From Lepidodermella squamata (taxonomy: Eukaryota > Animalia > Gastrotricha), in contig JBLDXI010000073.1 in the NCBI GenBank assembly GCA_047495785.1, forward strand, positions 248,001 to 312,000: a stretch of DNA of 64,000 nucleotides, given 5' to 3'. Below are positions 22,453 to 34,016 of the stretch, piece by piece. Below the pieces are notes generated by a model. It saw nothing but the letters and a program-made list of their open reading frames with translations, made no database searches and was not told the origin of the DNA. Each line of letters begins with the position of its first letter. Position 1 is the first letter of the stretch. Both the position numbers and the translations under genes were made by a program.

Positions 22453-25020
22453 ATGCACCACCCAATAGCTTCTATAATCGTCTTCTTTGTGCTGGTATCC
22501 GGCATAGTCGTAGGCCAAGACTATTTCGAATACGTTGCTGTAAACCCTAGAGCAATGGCGGGAATAAAAGGCCCAGGGAGCCATCCAGCAGGACCGAACG
22601 AATACCCGTGGCTGGTCAGTTTCAGTTCCATGCTAAGTTAATTTCAAAGAAAGAGGATGTTTTTCGCAGGTCCACCTTGAGATATACAGAAGCAGCGAAT
22701 CGTCAGCTTCTTATTGCGGAGCTTCCCTAATCTCGAAGCAGTGGCTGATAACAGCTGCTCATTGCGTTTGGGAAGCCGGAGATACCCCTATTTTGTACGT
22801 AAGACTGTTGATTAACCTGTTACAACAAATATTTTGCGTTTGTACAGCATCAAAGCGATGCTAGGTCGCCATAATATCAGTTTGAAGTCTGAAGCGGGCT
22901 CTTACGAATCTGTAGTGTCGCTGCCTCCTTTGGTTCATCCGCTGTACAACGGGAGTCGGAATTTCTATGACTTTGATTTCGCACTCTTGCGACTGACGAC
23001 CCCGGTTCCCAGATTCTCACAGCAGATCAAACCGATTTTTTTACCCGACGCGGTAACCATGTGCCGAGCCAACTCTATCACCGCCAATTCAATCGACGGA
23101 TGTGATTCAGCGGTGGCGGCTGGCTGGGGTCACTTTGCACACAGTATGTTTCGAAGTTTAACATCATCACGGCCTTCTACCTTCCTTATCACTTTCTTGT
23201 ATTTTAGCCAGACTATCTGAGATCCCGAGAAAGCTGGATCTTCATGTTCGATCTTACCAAAACTGCTCGCTGGAGTATTCCCGCGGCCTCTCAGATCCGA
23301 TAACTATGACAGACTCGAAGATGTGTTTAGCCGCTGATGGCAGCGACGTCTGCTTCGGTGATTCTGGCGGTCCTCTCATGTGTTTGCAATCGGGGGTGAC
23401 TTATCTTCTCGGCATAATATCCAACGGCGACGAGACATGCAATGGGTACACTCCTGGAATCTACAGCAGAGTCTGCAAAGTTCTTGATTGGATATCGGAG
23501 AACACTGGTGATGGCAGTCAAACCAGTACACCGAAGCAGTCCTGTTCTGTACCAAGCGTATCCGCAGGATTTGTGACCCGCGTGGATCCAGAAACTTCGG
23601 AAGATACCGGCGAAGTACTAAGGCCTGGAACCGCAGTGGAAAGAGGGGGAGCTGTTAGCGTTAAATGCAACCCCGGTTACTCATATTCCAACTCTGTCAA
23701 TTTTGCCACTTGCCTACCTCCATTCCGACCGGTTATTAATGGAAGGTGTACCCCAGTGGGTAGGTAAGGATAAATAATTATCTGACATTCGCGTCTGGTC
23801 ATCTGTAATACGTGTTGTTGTAGCTGCGGTCCCGTTCCTACAATTCAAAACGGCAGCATATCTTCTGGCCTTGCAAGCATCGGAGCAAACCGAAGCATAT
23901 CATGCAATCTGAATTTTGAGATTCGAGGAAATTCTGTCATTTCGTGCCAAACGAACGTAACCTGGTCACAACCTGGTTTGTGCGTTCCCAGGCGGCGAAG
24001 GACTGTAAGTTTTCCATGAAAACAAGTAAAGCCGGACCAATTTTTTGGATCCCATGTAGACATAAGGAGCTTGCATTAGTTGCGATTTGCGGTTAGCGCT
24101 AAACAGTTGGCCAAGGCACTTCTAAGAACCAAATCTCCTACACTCGACAAATCACAAACTTATGTGTTCAGACTGTTTCCCACTCCGGTTTCCTTAAATT
24201 TTATGCGATCAGTCTCTTGAGGCATTTCAAGCTTTTCTTTTTTCTATTTTAGGTCCGTGAAGTTTACGAGCAGTTGTGGAATGTAACTGCTTTTACAGCC
24301 GACTTGGGGCAGGTGCAGCAACTCGTTGCAGAGATTGACGAATCCACTGGCGGCAAGTTCGACCCGAACTGGCGCAACCCAAAGAATTATGTGTGTCGTG
24401 TCACTATTAAAAATGGCACCCTACTGCACAGCGTTGCGTGCAATCAGATGCAATCAGACCAGCGACTGCAAATAACCCAGCTGTTCGTCGAGCGTGGAGC
24501 TGATGTTAATTCAAAGGAGGATTACTATGACAGGACAGCGTTGATGCATGCGGCTGGGGATGGGCGCGTCGAAGTAGTCCGACTGTTGCTGGATCGCAAC
24601 GCTGACATTGAGGCGAAGGATAAAATTGGCTGGAGTGCGTTGATGCTTGCAGCTTATAATGGGCGAGCCGAAGTAGTCCCAGTGTTGCTGGATCGCAACG
24701 CTGACATTGAGGCCAAGAGTAGCTATGGCTGGACGGCGTTGATGCTTGCGGCCGAGTCAGGGCAAGTCGAAGTAGTTCGACTGCTGCTGGATCGCAACGC
24801 TGACATCGAGGCCAGGGATGACCGTGCCCGGACGGCGCTGATGCATGCGGCAATGACAGGGCATGTCGAAGCAGTTCGACTGTTGCTGGATAGAGGTGCA
24901 AATAAGAATGCTAGAGATTCATTAGGAAAAACAGCTCTCGATATCGCAATTTGCGATACTACAATTGTTGCTGATTTGCTGAAGACGCGAGGAGCAAGTG
25001 GATCAAAGTCATCCTGCTGA
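22453..25020 (+). CDS. Secreted trypsin-like serine protease - 2x sushi/CCP - RRRR - ankyrin-repeat protein, 695 aa (exons 22453-22614, 22670-22794, 22848-23143, 23208-23763, 23824-24004, 24253-25020)
   Basis: Five GT-AG introns (phases 0,2,1,2,0) give one open 2088-nt frame: signal peptide, TAAHC, DFDFALL, GWG, DVCFGDSGGP, a divergent sushi, canonical sushi CGPVPTIQNG...C...C...WSQPGLC, PRRRRT, then ~6 ankyrin repeats (TALMxAA...G...VVRLLLDRNADIEAKD). Confidence 0.88.
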
Positions 25021-25503
25021 CAGTAATAAGCGGTTATATCGTGCTAATGTACTCTCGTCAATTATTTCCACATGTTTCTCACTGCTCTCGATAACTACGC
25101 TGATGAGCAAGGATACATTTTACTAGCACGCGCCTCATGTTCCATAGTATTATTAGAGGGTTATTTTGTCGAGTTATTATGTGTATTTTGTTATTTGGAA
25201 AGAGGACAACAGTAAGGGAATTCTCCATGGTTTGTCATAGAGTAATCCTATTCCCACATGCGCATGACTCTCCTAGGCTCCACAGATGGGTGCTTTTGGT
25301 ACACAGGGGTTACTTTGGGATTATCATTTTGAAAAAATAAAACAACTTGAAATTTCACGAAAATGATCCTTCGTTTAAAAAGAAAATCACTTTTCATTCT
25401 GTGACGGTGTTACCTGCGGCAACACCTTGGTACAAAATAATAAATAATATTCAAAATCAAATTGTACATTTATGGGTATTACAATAATCCAAATTATGAT
25501 TTT

Positions 25504-28500
25504 ATATCGGTATTGCGGCATAATAACTGCCTTTGATTGACCATACATTTTATTATATTATATTGCGCGCGCTAACATTTGTGCTATTATGCGCTGCGCC
25601 AAAGCGCGCGTTCTGTTCATGAATATACTACGCACACATAAGAGTACTACCGTACCACTTTTTTACTTCGAGCCCTAACGAATTTGGTTTAGTTTTATTG
25701 AAATATTTTTAGATTTTCGTGTATGATGCTGGTATTTTATCAGACCATCGTATGCCATAGCCCTTCATTAAAAGTCGGCCTGAGATTCGCTCATTTTCTG
25801 CTGGCTGGTTTTTTCGGAAAACCAGTTTTTTGAGGGAAAACCTGACTTGGCTTGATGCTCGCATCCGTCTTTGAGCAGCTAATTAATTAGTATTTCATCT
25901 TAGGATGAAAGTTCACTCATGTTGGAAGGATAAATGGCACTGAATGGACCAATTAACGCTGAGATGACATCGTTCCAATCGATGACCTGTTCTCCTCCTC
26001 AAAAAATGATTGAAATTCAAGTTTGTCGGTAATTGCTAATGAATCGGTGTAATATGTTAATTTCGTGGATGATTACGCAATTTTTCCACTTAGGATCGAA
26101 GTCGAGGGCCAGACGATTGATTATGTTGGGTTATAAAGAAATTCTTGTGGCTAGGTTTTTTACAATCGCCACATAATTCTATAAAACAGGAGAAATTTTT
26201 ACACATTCGACGGCATTTTCTGTTCATTCGGAAGAATTTAGCCAGCAATTGTTAATGATCAACTCTTAGTTCCATTTGACAGGTCCTTGGCACTGATATT
26301 CAGTGGAAGAATGTAGTAGTCATCCACGAAATCACTTAGCTACACCGATTCCAACTTGAATACTGAAAATCTTGCCTTACTGTCTTTATTCATCGAGGAA
26401 CATGAACCATAGGTTAAAACTATGTCATTTTCTCGTCCATTGCTCTCTTCAGTGCCTGTCATCTTTTCAATAAGCTGAATTTTCATTCAAATATGAAATA
26501 GTAATAATTTAGCGGCTGAAAGACGAATTCGAACATCGCGTGGAGTCAAAACTTTCGTATAAACTCTCGCTTTAAGAAAAATCTAGCCTGTAAAATCTAG
26601 AAATTCTTTGTAAACCAGTTGAACCAGGCCCCAGCCATTCAAAATTCTGAAGAAAATAACTATATAATCCTCGAAATTAAAAAGATATTAATTGAAAACC
26701 CCGCAAATCTGGCCAAAAGCCCAAATTTTCCTACAAAATCTCGCGGAAAGAAAAAACCAACCAGTGAAACGCAGCAGTTTTTCCTCAACCAGTTGAAACA
26801 GACCCTAACCATTCAGAATTCTGAAAAAAATAAATACATCACCCTCGTATTTAAAAAGATATTTGATGAAAAACGCGCCAAATTGGCTATAATACTCGAA
26901 TTTCACGATAAACGCGATATGGTAGAACTCGTGTGTGCGCAAAACAGCGTACCTATAATACGTACATTACGTCTGATATAATAGGAGAAAACCCACGCGA
27001 TTTTTGCTGATGGCTGCGTATGTATCCATATAAATAAGGCGGCGTTGCGGTTTTTATCGCGTTTTCCCATCATTTTCAATTTCGACAAAACCATTGATGA
27101 GATAATTGAGAATTACTACGAATTCTTTTAAATTCTATTGAGCATCTTTGCTTGCGATGCGAGTGTAGAAGCGCTTCCCATAATTATTCAAATCCAAGCC
27201 CATTCGTGAATTGCATTTGCGCAGTGCTCCTCAAACCCGGTTTTTACGGCCGGATGCGGCCGGAAAGATTTTCTCGAATGGTGGCTGGAATGCGGCTGGC
27301 TACCCCGTTTCCTTCGATCATGACGCGAAAATCAGCCTATTCTAGAATATTTTCAGCAAATATTCCTGTGAAATACCGTTAGTCCAAGCTCGATTTGCTC
27401 GCGAATAAAAGCCGCCTCTGGTTTCGTGGGTCCAATTTGCAAGTATTGAGCACTTTTTCTCATCTTAGTTTAATTAGTAAAGCGAAACGGCAAAACAAAT
27501 TGCGTGAATTAAATTAAAGACCGCGGGAGCCATGCGGAGTTATCATTCGCGGGTCAGAACTGTGCTAAGCTAGTAGGATCACTTAGGAAGGAGTCGTTTT
27601 TGTTGACTCAAGTTGTGGCAAATCGTCGGTTTAGGTAGTTGAAGTTTGCTTCTAAGGCCTCTGTTAATTAACTGCCTTCACTAAGCGCATAGAACTCTTG
27701 CGGAAGAAAATTCGTCATGTAAAAAAGTGGCTTGCAGCTAAAAACTAAATTTGCAGCCGATGAAAGGGAATTGCCAATGCCTGTGCGGCCGGAGAAGGGC
27801 CAGTTCGAAACTGCGGCTGAAGCAAGGCTTTCCAGCCGCCAAAACTGCCAGGGGTGAAAAAGTTTGCGGAGCACTGCATTATCGTCCCATTTAATATATA
27901 ATATAGTTGCCAGTAACAAACTGCGAGGTGAACATTCATGTTTTATAACAATTGACTGCTACAAATGGCTCTCCTGAGTCCAACAGCAAGCTTACAGCAA
28001 GCAAGAAACGAATGACGGTGCGCGGACTTGCTAGCGGACTGATTTATCCCCTGATTTATCCGCGTCGTAGAGGAATTGGTTTGCAGGAAACAGGGTTGGT
28101 CATCGAAAACATAGGTCAGCTTCCGTCAAATTCACTTTGCAGTCGCTTGAAGCTTTGCAAAAAGCTGTATCCGAAATAAAAGATTCAAAAGCTGAAAGAA
28201 TTGTTAATTGCCGCTATGAATCCCTACCTCTAGAACAGGCACTAGACAAAAATATACTGATATATTCAAGGCCATAGAATGTTTGAAATTGGGGGAAATT
28301 CTAACCTTCATTATGAAAGAAAATCAAGACTTATTTCACAAAATAAATTAGATATTCGGATTCAGCGTGAAAGGTTGAGCTAGGTAGTATGTTTTAGCTA
28401 CATGCAGAGCCCCAAATGAAATGCAGAGCTTTGGTTTTGATTTAATTTGATTTACGGCTTAAATCACGAACCTCCTTCAATCAATCAAAACCAATCAATG

Positions 28501-29848
28501 TCCCAATTTTCCAGGACTAAATCAATCAAATCAAATCATCGATAACCATAAATCACAATGAATCGGAATTTTCAGGGAGCTGGGGTCTTCGAAGTTTAAA
28601 GAAATGAATAAAATAACGCGAATTTGAAATAACCGTCCCTTTCCAGTGCAAATTTTCATCAAAAAGTAGTAGAAATCTTGGTTTCGCGATATCAAATTTT
28701 TTGATTGCATCACCAAGGCTAAATCAAAATCAATCAAATTAAAATGCTTCCCCGCGTAAATCAATCATTTTAAATCTAAATCAGTGAAAATAGGGTCTAA
28801 ATCAAATCAAACCAAATCAAATCAAATCAAATCCAAAGCACTGATGAAATGGGGAATAAATTGCGGGAAAAAATATGTTTGTTAGCGTGCACGCCTGTGT
28901 GTTTGTGTGGGCTTTTCAGCTTCATTTTATCATTTTCATTTTCTCTAAATCAAGATTTAGACGAGAAAATTCAAACTTGAAACTTATTTCCAATTTTTAC
29001 GGTGGATGATGCAGAACATCTTATGAGACTACCTAAAAGTTAAAATTGCAACCAAGCCTCCTCGATTTTCCCCTGCCTTGGTACCAGTCTTTCAGATTTC
29101 TTGAATGCAAGAAATTGTATACCACGTTACAACATCAGCATGGTTCCAAACATTTAAAATTAATTCCAAGCTTAGTTCAAGATGAACTAAGGGAAATGTG
29201 AAAAAGGTTTAAAGCGCAACTTTTATTGCATGTTGCAGATAGAAAACAGGTCCGAGGTTTATAGAGGACGGAGTGATCAGAGTTAGTGGAAAATCTTTAC
29301 TCGCTTTTCGCTTTCGGTAAAAACTGCAAACAAAATTGTTTCATCCCCCGGCATCCAAGATCACACTCTACTGAGGAGATCTATCTGATACAATGATGAG
29401 TGACCAGTATCTCATTGTGATTTTCGGTTTTCAGGCTGTATCTCAATCTATTTCTCGAGATTTTATTGAATTTGATTTTATTGTCTTACTACTTTAATTG
29501 GCTAGAATGTCAGTATATCAACGGGTTGTCTACATTAGCCGCTTTTTGCCGTATTGTTTCCCCTTTTCGTCGGTGGTGACTGTTATAACAAAATTAAAAC
29601 TACAGTTTTAAATTTTCACTGATTTGGCGTTTTCCCCACTTAATCCGCTCCAACAAAAAGAAAAAAATAATTTCTGGCAATTAAGCTAATAAGCGTAGCT
29701 GTGTTGCTGGTTTATGCTTGTTTATATAAAACAGAAAGCGCGTATTGGGGCATTTGCGCGCATAATAGCAGAAATGTTAGCGCGCGCAATATAATACAGT
29801 AAAATGTATGGTCAATCAAAAGCAGTTATTATGCCGCAATACCGATAT
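25504..29848. mobile_element. 4.3-kb non-coding element bounded by ~90-bp TIRs, with nested inverted repeats
   Basis: ATATCGGTATTGCGGCATAATAACTGC...GCGCGCGCTAACATTT / AAATGTTAGCGCGCGC...GCAGTTATTATGCCGCAATACCGATAT; no recognisable ORF inside. Confidence 0.65.
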
Positions 29849-29939
29849 TGAAAGGAAGTAGATTAAAATATCCTTCTTTGTCCGTCTTCTACTTTGTGTC
29901 TTAACTTCTTTCACTTTGCCTTACCTGCCTACCCCCGGT

Positions 29940-30745
29940 CTACCTGTGTAACCAGGTGCCTCTGGCTGTGACTTGGATGCCTATGCTGATGACCTGACGG
30001 TTGTCGGTTCTGGTTCTGGTGCCTCGTTCCCCGAAGCTGCGATGTGTGCTCAGGCGGAAGTCGATCGCGTCGCCGCTTGGGCCTGCCTGTGGCTGCAGCA
30101 ATACAACGCCGCCAAGAGTGAGGTTGTCGCATTCTCCCGTCGTCCCCCCGGTGTGAGGCTCGTGCTTGGAGGCACTGTCATCCCGCAAGTCTCTGTACTT
30201 CGAATGCTGGGCATTCTGTTCGATGAGAAGTTGACCTGGAAGCCCCATATCGACCATGTGCTCCATCGCTGTGGGAAAAATCTGTCGTGGTTCCGCTCGG
30301 TTGTTAGCCGGCCAGGGCTGTCTTTCCGATGGCGCCGCACCGCCTACCTGGCGCTCGTCCGTTCCATCGCCACCTTCGGCTTCGTTTCCTTTGCGTCTGC
30401 TGCGAAGACACAGCTCCGCCGCCTAGACGTGCTTCAGAATAACTGTCTGCGCGCCATTCTCCATGCCCGTCTCGATGATCGTGTTCGTGTTAGTGCGCTG
30501 GAGCAGCGCTGTCGCCTGCCCAGTCTGTCCTCGCACTTACAAGCCGTCCAATTCCTTCTCAACGCTCGCCTGCCGCCCGGCCCGCTCCCTGTCCCACAAT
30601 GTTAGTATCTCTCCTCTTTCTTCTTCCCCTTCCAGCTTATTTCCTTGTTTCTTCTTCTCCCGTCCTCTACCTTCCGTCTCTGCTGTCCTACCACTAATCA
30701 CTAGTCTTCTGTCTTCTGCTGTGTCTGATAATTCCGCTCCTTGTG
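29940..30745 (+). mobile_element. 5'-truncated non-LTR retrotransposon (LINE) 3' fragment, RT C-terminal part
   Basis: ORF 29973-30605: AYADD, N..KS, LGILFDEKLTWKPHI, QNNCLRAI; followed by a pyrimidine-rich tail. Confidence 0.88.
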
Positions 30746-30754
30746 TAGTATGGA

Positions 30755-31112
30755 TAATAGCAGTATGGATTCGAAACTAGCGGAAAATTCATCTGATCGA
30801 GGCAAAAAATAGGGTTTTATATAAAAATTGCCTCACTGCCTAACTTTAAGATCCAAGTCGAAAAAAGTCATTGATTGAAAAATGCTTCATAAAATGGCAG
30901 CAATGCTATGATTCATCGCAATTTTGCATATTCATGACACTTTAAGCTGATGCCTGAAAAAATATTGGTAAAACTGGAAATGCATAAAATTAAGAAGCCT
31001 TGTTGTTATTGCTCAAACCCTATTTTTTGCATCACTCACAAAAATCGTATTTTTTGCCTCTATCAGATGAATTTTCCGCTGGTTTCGAGTCCATACTGCT
31101 ATTAGTCCCAAG
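30755..31112. mobile_element. MITE, same family as 9762-13208
   Basis: TAATAGCAGTATGGATTCGAAACTAGCGG... / ...CCGCTGGTTTCGAGTCCATACTGCTATTAGTCCCAAG. Confidence 0.75.
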
Positions 31113-31556
31113 CCTAAAATTGGCTATTTACAGTCGTCACTTTTATTTTAGTTCGCTCCGTTTTCTTCCTATTGTCACATTGTTATTTGGCTCAAATAAG
31201 AGCTCTTACGCCACGTGCCACGTCTCAAATGCTTGAAACTAAGAAAAATGTCAAATTTGCCGTTTTTGGAAAGATATTTGAAAAGCTGGCTAGACGCGGC
31301 AATGTTCTTAGTCATAGATTGCGCCAGATCCATTTGCAATGCTGGATTTCTAAGGGTACTGTTTTGGCGCGGTTTCCGAGACGCTTCCAAGATGAGCTGC
31401 ATCTTTGAAGATGAATTCAGATGATGTGACGACAGCATCTGCTCAAAATCATAAGTATCATAAGAAATAATAATAAAGAGACATAATAATAATAATAAAA
31501 AGAGATAATATAATAAAGAGACTCACTCAGACGCCTTTATTGACGATTTGTGAATA

Positions 31557-32843
31557 CTGTATACGTACTAATTTTCGCGGTAATCTTGAATTCGCGAATT
31601 GCCCAAAAATGACCATTTTCTATTTTCGCGAAATTTTAAATTCGCGAGGGCGATCCTTGGATAATTGCGTAATAAAACAGTAATTTTCGCGAAAATCTTG
31701 AATTCGCGAGGATACGGCGATCTCGGTAAAAGTTATGTGCCTTTCGCGTAACAACTACAGTTCGCGCGTGGCGATTACGTTGCGCGTGCGCTTAATTCCG
31801 GCCCGCTGATTGGTTAGCAATCAGGACTTGGCTCGCGCGCACTTGTACTAAGTATTCCTCACAACCGCGCGCATCAGTTCACTTTTCTTAGTCCTGATTT
31901 ATAACAAATTCTAGACCGCGCGCGCGGATTTCAAAGAATTACTTCCAAACACCGCGTCGGTTTTCATACTACAAAATAATTCCAACAATTCGCTATCGAA
32001 TAGATATGGGGTTCTCGCGTGAAAAAATTCATGGAAATAAGTTTTACGCGCACCTCAAAATTTGCGCACAGGATGAGAGCGCACTCTCTCGCCTGAGAAC
32101 GAAATTGAAGTCGCGCGTAAGATTTTCCCATTATTCTTTTCGCGAGAAACCTATATCTATTCGATAGAAAATTGTTTGAATTTTATCAGAGTATAAAAAC
32201 CGCCAAAATAATCAGAATTATCTTTCTGTCAATAGCGCGCGCGGTCCAGAAATGATAATTTGAGTTTGTGTTTTCGCAAAAATCCACATTTACCCTCTGA
32301 TTGCGCAATCTAAGGAGGGCCCGTAATTCTCGTAACTCGTGCGCATGTCGTTCCGGTTATGCGAGCAATAGCGGCTGGTTGCGAAATTGATAGCTGTGTA
32401 GAGAAGAGGAAAGTGCGAAGGCGCGCTTAATCGACTACTCGATCTACAATGGCGCACTAATTACGCGCGCGGCTCGATTGATAACCACTTGATGGACAAT
32501 CGACCACCAGTTAAAAGGCAGTGATTTGATTGGCTTAGTCGTCTCAGCCAATCAGCGGCGCCTCGCAGCGGCATCCACTTTTAGCTCAAGCAGTTTGTCA
32601 CGCTGCTAGGAAATGAGCATGAAATTACCAACTAGTCTCGCAGGTGCCTGGTGCCCAAGACCGCTTTTCAAATCGTTTAGAATTACGTAATCTCTGCGAG
32701 CGATTTTCTTTCACGAGGGATTTTTTTTCGCGTGCGATTAATTTTCGCGAGGGATAAATTTTCGCGAATCTTGAATTCGCGTGCCGAGGTCGTCGCGAAA
32801 TTTCGCGAAAATAAAATTACAGCGAAAATTTGTACGTATACAG
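31557..32843. mobile_element. TA-flanked non-autonomous DNA element rich in TTTTCGCG motifs
   Basis: TA-CTGTATACGTACTAATTTTCGCGGTAAT / ATTACAGCGAAAATTTGTACGTATACAG-TA; internal nested inverted repeat ~31915-32250. Confidence 0.75.
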
Positions 32844-34016
32844 TACATATCGTTAGCTTGTCACTGGAGCTGTTCTCTTGTTTGCCTGTGTATGGATTTA
32901 TTCCAGTAAAGGACGCTAGCGAAAAGTCTTGTTACTCGCCGCAACCCGCAACCACTGCTTTTGGGACGTCAAGCAACAGAGATTAAAGACAAAAATATAT
33001 TATATTGCCTATTTTATACGGGCTCAAGTATATTCTTGCCCGAAGAACGTTACGATTTTATCGCGAGAAGTTCGAGGCATCCTCTGTGTCTCTTCGCTCG
33101 AGCTTGAAACAATTTAAGAAGAAGTGAACATTTTCCCATCCATGGAATTCACCTGAGTTATTAAATGTGTTTAATTTACCGAATTCATCGACTTTTCGAT
33201 TAGAAAATTAGTCTTCGACTTTTCCTCTTCACTTTTTGGCTTTATTGACTTGAACTGTTCCGCTTATGAGACCTAGGCTTGGCAAACTCTGTTACGGAAT
33301 CTCAGAATAGAGTACGGAGAGTTCGAAAATCAATATTAGAAGCTTCCAGCTATTACGGTTAGAGATCGAGAGAGTACTCAAGATCTCAGCAAAGGCGCGA
33401 CGGAGACAAAAACTCGATTTTTTAACAGTTACTAGGTAATTCGACAACGCTGGGTCCAGCGCAATTTACAGAATCGATCTAGCCTTCATTGTTTTTGATC
33501 TACAACATAGGTAACGCTAGGACGAAGCCGCGGCGTCGCGCGCGCTCGTTGCCCAACGAACAAACAAAAACCCAATGCTAATGTAAACAAAATATTCTTT
33601 CAAATTTAAATTTCTTAAAAATATTTTAATATTTTGATTTATTTTTAAACACAAAATCAATTTCCTGTAAACAACAGTGTAACCAAGGCAGCCGGAGCGG
33701 TAGTAGCGCACAATACTAGCCGTAGCTTATTGGTCCCAGATGTGAGAAAATTGCATCATTGCGATGAATTATCAACGAACAGTGCGTTTTAAATCTGCAT
33801 TTTATAGAGCAATTCCCGCCGACATTGATACATGAAAGATGTTGGCTGTAGAAGATACCGAGTAGATTAGATACAATTATCTGACGTTGGTACCAACCTT
33901 ATCATATTCTCATAATATTCTTTTGGATTCATGCCTAATCTGTAGATGAAATGTTCGTTTGCTCTGAGGTTGTCTTTGTTGACTCTCCAGGGCGAGACAG
34001 CCATAAACTCGCCATA

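Noticed and set aside
24530-24900. ~99-bp periodic repeats as a CRISPR-like array
   Set aside because: They are coding ankyrin repeats (33 aa) in a eukaryotic gene; no cas genes.
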